A stretch of 64,000 bases of DNA from Fidelibacterota bacterium. GTDB lineage: Bacteria; Fidelibacterota; Marinisomatia; SCGC-AAA003-L08; GCA-2689995. Made by a program: the position numbers and the translations under genes. Position 1 is the stretch's first letter; the number at the start of each line of letters is the position of its first letter. Below are positions 41,701 through 48,399 of this stretch, in pieces. The stretch lies in assembly GCA_014381925.1 (NCBI GenBank), contig JACNKR010000037.1, positions 35,767-99,766 of the forward strand, read 5' to 3'. The notes beneath the pieces are model-generated. The model made no database searches and was not told the origin of the DNA. It saw only the letters and a program-made list of their open reading frames with translations.

Positions 41701-42151
41701 ATTATGGGACGATGATATAGAAGATATTGATAGTAAAGTCAAAAAATTAAATATTACACTTTCACGATTAAGGAAATCTTTAAATAATAAAGATAATAGC
41801 TATATATTAAATAAACTTAACTCTATTGGGTTTAATTGGGACTATTCTAATTATCGGTTAGATATAGATGACTTTTATCAATCATATAATCTTGGTAAAG
41901 ATGCATTAAATAATAAAGAATTGGATAAAGGAATTTCATATTTAAAACATGCAATAAATGTATATGGTGGATATTTGTGCAATAAATTAAAATCTGAATG
42001 GATTGATGAAATAAGAGCAACATTTCATAATTATTACTTAGATTGTTTAATAATATTATCTGAAAATTTATCAGATAAAGAAAAACAAAAATTATTATAT
42101 TCTGAACAATTAAAATTCCCTGACGAAGAAATAGAAGAGTATTTTGATTAA
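38798..42151 (+). CDS. STAND-type ATPase with TPR-like middle region and C-terminal SARP-like wHTH + BTAD transcriptional activator domain
   Basis: Walker A GNAGCGKTT (about nt 38900) and Walker B IFIIDDSHLL. Long helical-repeat region. From nt 41540: ISIQLLGKP...ERIASQLWDDD...LNITLSRLRKSL (OmpR/SARP wHTH), then YRLDIDDF...AINVYGGYL......W..EIR (BTAD). Confidence 0.75.
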   Translation: MNYPNIRRESVLNPLLELVKDCIKSNHTGIIEIYGNAGCGKTTILNQIEEYFSYYAIFPHINQTIGYEQFSLISYLSSLNNNHFKPKLDENEIISHLSELLLQSRNFQKDIQIFIIDDSHLLSKEVINQLKLIFNKYSGFSNYFLILSGREKKLNNNSIEIGRFSKNEIDHIFQLFLNKKWVELNTDIYDWIIKLTDAWPFYLILFLEWGLKIGTLSKKTQKPLDQIISRQLPENLLQSVNQRYNLSLLSVKQKEIIEYISFSTKQLSFLELASLISIPIGEINNNCNYLENEGWINENNQLYHPLIGEMVIGNCENIQNINENFILKLELPLHEQASHILKLNKLSKNHKLILEEYGDEIESEGLFYSAIKTFEKIDPKKQLNHIQFKIAINLYRIGKNNQSKEILENLITDNRFNNSYKVYYYLGRIYFLQNKLDDVFKIINLGLKNVLDDFSVYKLKSLMIELLVINGSKDEVIKLLNEIQPTEKSTIDEKLEYYNLIAHIHQHAIVEIDVVYIMETGIELAEKHNKNSNLVNLNLGLMRHYALTDDVENALFYAEKAYSLAKACFELRLVASILLERGQIYARNGKAGIGIKDLETAIEMNKSFENIINTLNPISQMAGVYEMLNHIPKSDKTHSNLSVLLKENDNFDSLLGLGIYYQLRQNYSKSIHIYNALIIKIDKINNENIKAFLLGVFYPTIFSKDEKQADKNFNQAVNDLIRLKTIYYLHAPFHAKGWVLINSSQENNLSSHLQKWVEIIKDENEIPLDFYQPLMIINEITQGEKQNALHRLRRFESRFEGANILQYKNLYDWLIKENTYPKFTNRYKVISELINSITHVDKKLNKISVNKSDEFLDFLIEWQRCIHVEKDFEKSILNRFVQNESQKDCLLDTLIVWDISLSKFEDDIASHSKLISIQLLGKPNVSIEKVLINKDLRGVNKPIELFIYLILKGWRFNNQLSKERIASQLWDDDIEDIDSKVKKLNITLSRLRKSLNNKDNSYILNKLNSIGFNWDYSNYRLDIDDFYQSYNLGKDALNNKELDKGISYLKHAINVYGGYLCNKLKSEWIDEIRATFHNYYLDCLIILSENLSDKEKQKLLYSEQLKFPDEEIEEYFD

Positions 42152-42170
42152 AATAATTAGATCAATTTGT

Positions 42171-42250
42171 GCGGACTTTTAGGTCACTCCTATGGAGTTC
42201 ATGTTTATTTTTAGGTTAATGTGTTATTAATAGTGCACCTCTCCGAGGTT
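42171..42250. repeat. 80-nt element A, copy 1 of 3
   Basis: GCGGACTTTTAGGTCACTCCTATGGAGTTCATGTTTATTTTTAGGTTAATGTGTTATTAATAG..CACCTCTCCGAGGTT. It differs from copies 2 and 3 at 3 positions each, all in the last 20 nt. Confidence 0.95.
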
Positions 42251-42312
42251 AAAATCAAATTTAAAATTATATTACGTTGTTTGTAATAATAGAATATTGA
42301 GTATATGATTTA

Positions 42313-42361
42313 ATTCACAATTCATATTTTATAATTCAAAATTCATATTTCATAATTGTAA
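42313..42361. repeat. 7-bp-period heptad array (7 units, ATTCAnA type)
   Basis: ATTCACA ATTCATA TTTTATA ATTCAAA ATTCATA TTTCATA ATTGTAA. Confidence 0.85.
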
Positions 42362-42495
42362 GTTTTTATACTCCTTTGATATTAAGAAAAATATAGATGA
42401 GAAAAAAATTAATGCTGTTATTAAATATTAGTAGAAGTGACGCATGCGTCGCCACTACAAAATAAATTAATCGCTCATAAACCTCCTGTTTTTTT

Positions 42496-42523
42496 ATTCA
42501 AAATTCATATTTCATAATTATAA
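42496..42523. repeat. heptad array (4 units); identical copy at 42800-42827
   Basis: ATTCAAA ATTCATA TTTCATA ATTATAA. Confidence 0.85.
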
Positions 42524-42591
42524 GTTTTTATACTCCAGAGGAGTAATCTATTTGTAATAATAAATCAAGATAAATAATTAGCTCTATGGGA

Positions 42592-42671
42592 GCGGACTTT
42601 TAGGTCACTCCTATGGAGTTCATGTTTATTTTTAGGTTAATGTGTTATTAATAGGTCACCTCTCCGAAGTT
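42592..42671. repeat. 80-nt element A, copy 2 of 3
   Basis: Direct comparison with 42171-42250 and 42896-42975. Confidence 0.95.
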
Positions 42672-42895
42672 TGATGAAAACCACAAATAAATGAAGTAAT
42701 CGCTTGTTCAATAATATTAAAAATTATATAAAATGTAATAACGACGCATGCGTCGCCACTACAAAATAAATTAATCGCTCATAAACCTCCTGTTTTTTTA
42801 TTCAAAATTCATATTTCATAATTATAAGTTTTTATACTCCAGAGGAGTAATCTATTTGTAATAATAAATCAAGATAAATAATTAGCTCTATGGGA

Positions 42896-42975
42896 GCGGA
42901 CTTTTAGGTCACTCCTATGGAGTTCATGTTTATTTTTAGGTTAATGTGTTATTAATAGGTTACCTCTCCGAGGTT
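42896..42975. repeat. 80-nt element A, copy 3 of 3
   Basis: Direct comparison. Together with the following 76 nt (to 43051) it repeats 42171-42326 with about 5 mismatches. Confidence 0.95.
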
Positions 42976-43037
42976 AAAATCAAATTTAAAATTATATTAC
43001 TTTGTCTGTAATAATAGAATATTGAGTATATGATTTA

Positions 43038-43072
43038 ATTCACAATTCATAATTCAAAATTCACAATTCATA
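43038..43072. repeat. heptad array (5 perfect-period units)
   Basis: ATTCACA ATTCATA ATTCAAA ATTCACA ATTCATA. Confidence 0.9.
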
Positions 43073-43308
43073 ATTACTATTTTGTTCTACGGTTTTCAGC
43101 ATCCAAAATTACAATTATTCCCTTATTTTACCCCGATTAACAAAAAAAATAAAAAAATTTTACTTTTTTGTAATTAATTTTAAAATCGATGTTTTAATAT
43201 AGTGTACCATCATCTTTTATTAAAAATAATTTTATAAAAACACTAAATATCACCCATTTTCACCCCGAATTCATTTATGTTGAAAGGTTTTTTTTGTATA
43301 TTATAACT

Positions 43309-43530
43309 ATGAATTTTACGACTCTTGATAATGACATTTTTTTCGTTTGCAGAAATTGTGAATATTTTCGGTTTATCACAACCGAAAACAAGGCACATAT
43401 TTATTGCTCGCGATGTGGAAATGATATGGAGAACAAGTGTCGTAAATGTGGTTTAGAATATAATAATCCATTCTCGAAATTTTGTGAGAGGTGTGGAGAG
43501 AATATAACAAAAGTTAGAATTACAGATTAA
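43309..43530 (+). CDS. double zinc-ribbon protein, unknown function
   Basis: Four CxxC pairs (CRNC, CSRC, CRKC, CERC) in 73 aa. ATG at 43309 is preferred over the TTG at 43294. Confidence 0.6.
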   Translation: MNFTTLDNDIFFVCRNCEYFRFITTENKAHIYCSRCGNDMENKCRKCGLEYNNPFSKFCERCGENITKVRITD

Positions 43531-43618
43531 TTTTTAACTCTACCTCATGGGGAAAAATTATTTTCGGTTTAAAATTAATAACCTGTAATGATGACACAAA
43601 CAATAAAGGGAAAAAATA

Positions 43619-44203
43619 ATGAAATCAATAAATAATATAATAACATTAATATTTTTATTACTATTTATCAATTGTGCTGGGAAAATTGGGTTAAGCAGAT
43701 CAAATATTTCTGATATGCCAGAGTGGTATAAAAATTATAGAGAATATAAATATTATGACCCAGATAGTCGAATATATGGAAAAGGATTTGCTGAAGAATT
43801 ATTTCTAAATCAGGCTATGGATAATGCATCAAGTAAAGCAATATCAAATTTAGCTCAGCAAATAGGCACTTACTGTAAGAGAACAGATATTTTAGAAAGT
43901 GTTTCTAATAATTCTAAAAGAGTCAATAGTGGTGAAAGAAAAAAGAGGAATAATAAAAATACTTCTTCTCGTGAAGCTTCAAATTATTCTAATCAATTAA
44001 TTGAAAATATTGCTCAGGAAGTTTTGAGAAGACCTATTGAAGAAATAACCGATACTTGGGAAAAAGAGAAAGATGGTGTAACAATTTATAGATCTTGGAC
44101 TATTTGGTCGGTTTCTGTTAATTCAGTAGAACAATCATTATTAGAAAGAATGAATGAAGACCCTGAGTTTTATGATGCAATTGAAAAATTATATTTAAAA
44201 TAA
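43619..44203 (+). CDS. lipoprotein, LPP20/FlgP-like (weak)
   Basis: Lipobox LLFINC; the PEW motif shortly after the Cys; then A...A...A..LA..I pattern typical of LPP20-type lipoproteins. Confidence 0.45.
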   Translation: MKSINNIITLIFLLLFINCAGKIGLSRSNISDMPEWYKNYREYKYYDPDSRIYGKGFAEELFLNQAMDNASSKAISNLAQQIGTYCKRTDILESVSNNSKRVNSGERKKRNNKNTSSREASNYSNQLIENIAQEVLRRPIEEITDTWEKEKDGVTIYRSWTIWSVSVNSVEQSLLERMNEDPEFYDAIEKLYLK

Positions 44204-45673
44204 ATGAAAAATATTAATTTTATATACTTTTTTTCAATAGGAATTTTGTTTGGACAATCTTGGATTACTATTGGTAATTATGAGACAATTTATGCGCATT
44301 ATTATTTAGGTATAAGTGAACCGAATCTTCCTCAAGCTGAGTCAATAAATAATGCTTTTTCTAATGCTTTAGAAAAAGCAGGTATTGAACAAAGCATGGT
44401 AAATATTGAATCTATTCGGAAAATTAATACAACCACTGGAATAAATAGAAGAATAGATAAGAGAGGAATAACTAATTCGGGACAATTAAAATCAACTACG
44501 GAGAGCGGTATTAATCGTCAATTTTCTTCATCAATTGATAACATAACATTAATGGAAGAATTATATGATGGTGATATAGGGTACACATTAATTAGAATAC
44601 CCAAAGAAGGATATAATGATTTTGACTTTTTTTCGATGAATAGGGAATTTAATATAAGTAAGAAAATAAACGGAATTAAAAAATCCGCAATGGTACCAGG
44701 GTTAGGGTCATATTATCAGGAAAAACCAGCTAGAGGTACTCTTTTTTTATTAGGTTCAATTGCTTCTGCAGGGATGATTTTATCATCTTATTCTAAATAT
44801 AATAAAGCCATAGATCAAATGAATACATCAATTCTTAGTGATGATTTATTACGGTTTTATGATGAATCCATTATTCAATCAAATCGATTTAGTATTAGCT
44901 TATTATCTTTTAGTACAATATATATAATGAATTTATTAGATCCATTTCTTTTCCCTGGTGAGTTTAAGGACTATTATTATCGAAAAAAGCAAAAACCTAG
45001 AAATGATTTAAAAATTATAAAAAAATCTAATTGGAATTATAATGATTTGGGAGGTTTTGGTTTTGTTGCTCCTAATCGTATTCCAATAGAAGCAAGTTCA
45101 AATTCAAAGTTTGAAAATAGTGATGAAGCATTAAAGCTATCAGGGGGTAATATTTATTTTTCTGTATTTTTTGAAAATATAAAAGGTATGATTTATTATG
45201 CAGAACACATAACAGGTAATGATCATCTTTTATTTAAAGAAGGTGGTATAGGATATTATAAGAATTATATTAATTCCATTTTTGGATTATACCCATTGAT
45301 AGGTGCAAGCTTAGGTTATTGTTCAGTTTCACAAGATTGGGACGATAAGGATGAATTTTTAACTGAAAACTATGATAAGGGGTTTGGTTTTAAAAGTAAA
45401 AATATAAGTAGCTATTATTTACAAGCAAAAATTGAGGCTGGGTTGCAAAAATGGTTTAATCAATATAATATCTTTTTAAATTTTGGTTATCATTTACCCG
45501 CTAGAATGAATAATTTTAATATAAAAGTATATGATGGAACAGAAATTGAAGGAATGAAAAATGCGGTAACAAAAAGAATAACACCATCTGAACTTCCATA
45601 TTCAAATATTAAAATTGGGGGGAAATATATATCATTAGGCATTTCGTATAATTTTAAAAGTGAAGCAAAATAA
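44204..45673 (+). CDS. envelope protein: LPP20-like N-domain, two TM helices after an S..VPGLGSYY motif, beta-rich C-terminal domain
   Basis: Signal peptide; SAMVPGLGSYYQEKPARGTLFLLGS motif plus hydrophobic helices; C-terminal alternating pattern ending GISYNF. The start abuts the previous stop. Confidence 0.45.
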   Translation: MKNINFIYFFSIGILFGQSWITIGNYETIYAHYYLGISEPNLPQAESINNAFSNALEKAGIEQSMVNIESIRKINTTTGINRRIDKRGITNSGQLKSTTESGINRQFSSSIDNITLMEELYDGDIGYTLIRIPKEGYNDFDFFSMNREFNISKKINGIKKSAMVPGLGSYYQEKPARGTLFLLGSIASAGMILSSYSKYNKAIDQMNTSILSDDLLRFYDESIIQSNRFSISLLSFSTIYIMNLLDPFLFPGEFKDYYYRKKQKPRNDLKIIKKSNWNYNDLGGFGFVAPNRIPIEASSNSKFENSDEALKLSGGNIYFSVFFENIKGMIYYAEHITGNDHLLFKEGGIGYYKNYINSIFGLYPLIGASLGYCSVSQDWDDKDEFLTENYDKGFGFKSKNISSYYLQAKIEAGLQKWFNQYNIFLNFGYHLPARMNNFNIKVYDGTEIEGMKNAVTKRITPSELPYSNIKIGGKYISLGISYNFKSEAK

Positions 45674-45693
45674 TTAGAGAAAAGGAATAGTAA

Positions 45694-48060
45694 ATGAATA
45701 ACAGTAAAAGGTTTAAAACAGTATTATTATTAATTGTATCAATTTTTATAATTTCATGTTTAAGTGAGCCAACTCCACCAGAAACGGTTGGTATTATTTC
45801 AGGTACAATTTATAATAGTGAAACAATGGAAGTTATACAGGGTGTTACCATTATAACTGAACCAGCTGTTTCTTCAATTATAACTGGTGCAGATGGAAAG
45901 TTTGAAATAATAGATGTCCCTGAAGATATTTATGAACTTTCAGCAAGTCATCCAATATATGAAACTAAATCAACTACGGTTCAGGTGTTAGCCGGAAGAA
46001 GTGTTTTTGTTGATCTGCAATTAAATCCGTTAAGTACAGAAATGAGTATTTCTGAAGAGGCGCTAAATTTTGGTACATCAACAGATAATTTGACTTTCTA
46101 TATTCAAAATATAGGCATTGGTACAATGAATTGGTCATTATCCAAAAACCAATCTTGGTTGACTGTTTCCCCTACAAGCGGGACTACAATTACTGAGACG
46201 GATATTGTCAATGTAAGTGTAAATCGCTCTGATTATAGTCCAGGAAATTATACAGATGTAATTTCTCTTACTTCTAATTCTAATGCAATGAGTGTAAGTG
46301 TAATAATGACTGTTGCTGATACAACAGGTCCACAACTTTCAGTATCTCCTTCAAGTTTTGATTTTGGTACAGAAATTACACAAAAGAGCTTTGAAATATC
46401 AAATACGGGTGTTGGTTCTTTAACATGGAATGCATCTACTTCTGAAAACTGGATTGATATTGAAACAAATTCAGGTACAATATTGAGTGGTAATAGTAAC
46501 ATAAATATTTCTATAATTAGAACAAATCTTGCCGTGGGTACATATAGTGGGAATATATTATTTACTTCAAATGGTGGCAATCAGACCGTAAATGTAAATG
46601 TTACCATACCAAATGAACCTATTATTTCAGTTTCTTCATCCAATTTAGATTTTGGAAGTACAACAAATACAATGACTTTTGATGTAAGTAATTCAGGGGT
46701 AAATGATTTAAATTGGACAATTTCAGATAATCAGGATTGGATTACCACAACTCCCAATTCGGGTACTAATTTAGGTACGGTAAATGTAACCATTTCTAGA
46801 GATGGATTTTCTCCCGGTGATTATAGCGGAACCGTGACTGTAAGCTCTAATAATGGTTCTCAATCTGTAAGTATTAATATGAATGTTCCTGCAGAACAAC
46901 CACCTACTGCTGTTGTACTTACTGACCCAAGCAATATTACAACAAACTCTATGACCCTTGCTTGGTCTCGAAATTATGACTCTGATTTTGCTGCATACCG
47001 TTTATATTATAGTACATCGCCTGCTGTAACTGAAAATTCATCATTAGCGACAACCATTACTGATAATAATACAAATTCTTATACTGTTACTGGCTTAAGC
47101 AACAGTACCACATATTATTTTAAGGTGTATGTTATGGATACGGCGCAAATGACTACAGGTTCAAATGTGGTTTCTGCTTCAACATCTGCAATATTAGGTA
47201 ATTGGGTATTAACAGAAAATATCCCAAATGTTACTTTTAGTGCTGTTTGGTTTAACTCTGAAAATGATGGATACGCTGTTGGAGAAAGTAGTGTCATTTA
47301 TGATGCTAAAATTTATCATTGGGGTGGCTCAAATTGGGTAGAAGAAGTTGTTCATGATGATGCCCTAGATTTATATGATGTTCGCTTTATTGATGCAAAT
47401 AATGGTTATGCTGTGGGTAACAGTGGCACGTTTCTTTATTATAATGGTGTATCCTGGTCGGAATTCAATTCACCTACATATTCTTCTATCGAAGCCGTAT
47501 TTCCATTGTCTAACGATAATATCTGGACTTATGCAAGTGATGATATTTACCATTGGGATGGCAGTGAATGGACTTCAACTCATTTGGATATATCTTATAT
47601 TCGAGATATTTATTTTATTAACGAAAATGACGGGTGGGTTGTTGATCAGTATGGTAAAATGTTTCACTACAATGGCATTGGCTGGGCATTCCATAGTAAC
47701 GTAGAAAATTATTACGTCAGCAATGGTGAATTATACTTTTTGAATTCTTCCGAAGGATGGTATATAAATAATTACAATAACACTGGTAATGCTTACAATT
47801 TCGTTTATCATTATGATGGCAGTAGTTGGACCCGGTATGAGGATAATGATTACCCAATTTATAGGGTAACTAGAATTCAAGAAATATCTGCATCCAATAT
47901 ATGGGCAGTAGGATATGGTGGTTTAATTTTTAATTTTGATGGCGAACGGTGGAATTCTGTTACAAGTCCTACATCAAACGATTTAATTGGTATTTTTATG
48001 CTTAATGCGTCTGATGGCTGGGCGGTAGGTGAAAATGGTGTAATATTGAGGTATCATTGA
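45694..48060 (+). CDS. large surface lipoprotein: CarboxypepD_reg-like domain, 3 BACON/Ig-like repeats, FN3, C-terminal beta-propeller
   Basis: Lipobox IISC. GTIYNSET...GKFEIIDVPEDIYEL. Three repeats of about 95 aa (FG...F.I.N.G...L.W.......W...P.SGT). FN3 with YYFKVYV. Six or more blades of the GWAVG..G.I..Y.G..W type. Confidence 0.7.
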   Translation: MNNSKRFKTVLLLIVSIFIISCLSEPTPPETVGIISGTIYNSETMEVIQGVTIITEPAVSSIITGADGKFEIIDVPEDIYELSASHPIYETKSTTVQVLAGRSVFVDLQLNPLSTEMSISEEALNFGTSTDNLTFYIQNIGIGTMNWSLSKNQSWLTVSPTSGTTITETDIVNVSVNRSDYSPGNYTDVISLTSNSNAMSVSVIMTVADTTGPQLSVSPSSFDFGTEITQKSFEISNTGVGSLTWNASTSENWIDIETNSGTILSGNSNINISIIRTNLAVGTYSGNILFTSNGGNQTVNVNVTIPNEPIISVSSSNLDFGSTTNTMTFDVSNSGVNDLNWTISDNQDWITTTPNSGTNLGTVNVTISRDGFSPGDYSGTVTVSSNNGSQSVSINMNVPAEQPPTAVVLTDPSNITTNSMTLAWSRNYDSDFAAYRLYYSTSPAVTENSSLATTITDNNTNSYTVTGLSNSTTYYFKVYVMDTAQMTTGSNVVSASTSAILGNWVLTENIPNVTFSAVWFNSENDGYAVGESSVIYDAKIYHWGGSNWVEEVVHDDALDLYDVRFIDANNGYAVGNSGTFLYYNGVSWSEFNSPTYSSIEAVFPLSNDNIWTYASDDIYHWDGSEWTSTHLDISYIRDIYFINENDGWVVDQYGKMFHYNGIGWAFHSNVENYYVSNGELYFLNSSEGWYINNYNNTGNAYNFVYHYDGSSWTRYEDNDYPIYRVTRIQEISASNIWAVGYGGLIFNFDGERWNSVTSPTSNDLIGIFMLNASDGWAVGENGVILRYH

Positions 48061-48085
48061 TAAAAATAATGGAGAACATTTTACT

Positions 48086-48379
48086 ATGGTAAATAAAAAG
48101 AAGAGTCAGGATGAAAAATTTAAAGAAGACTTTTTAAATACTGGTATCAACGCTATCAAACAATACAAAATGGGTGATTTTGTTAAATTAAACCCACAGG
48201 CAAATTTTAAAGAAAAAGACGGATACCACGGTGACCCTACTTTTTCTAATGGAGAAATAATAAAAGTTAAACCTGATGATAAATACGATATTAATCCTGT
48301 CGATCCAAAAGGAGAAATACTTAAAGATTATGATGGGAAGTTTTTAATTCTTATTGAAAGTATGGGAGATAATTCCTAG
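48086..48379 (+). CDS. hypothetical small soluble protein
   Basis: ORF with an upstream GGAGAA. No recognisable motif. Confidence 0.4.
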   Translation: MVNKKKSQDEKFKEDFLNTGINAIKQYKMGDFVKLNPQANFKEKDGYHGDPTFSNGEIIKVKPDDKYDINPVDPKGEILKDYDGKFLILIESMGDNS

Positions 48380-48399
48380 TAGAGTAAGGCTTGGTAAAA

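Larger units (their letters stand above)
42439..42975. repeat. tandem duplication with 304-bp period (233-nt conserved segment 42439-42671 = 42743-42975)
   Basis: Each copy starts with the perfect 12-bp palindrome GACGCATGCGTC and ends with element A. I see only 2 mismatches. The roughly 71-nt spacers are unrelated. Confidence 0.95.

Noticed and set aside
42313-43072. Heptad arrays as iterons of a replication origin.
   Set aside because: I found no DnaA-box-like sequences (TTATCCACA or its complement) and no rep/dnaA/dnaN genes. The flanks are ordinary chromosomal genes.
42152-43100. CRISPR array interpretation of the repeat block.
   Set aside because: The repeat units are 80-233 nt, far longer than CRISPR repeats. 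The 'spacers' are about 70 nt and only two or three in number. The units are composite (nested). No cas genes are nearby.
43113-43139. A second sigma-28 promoter upstream of the envelope cluster (CCCGATTA).
   Set aside because: The -10 element matches only 6 of 8 positions, and there is no TAAA-type -35 element at the required 11-nt spacing.
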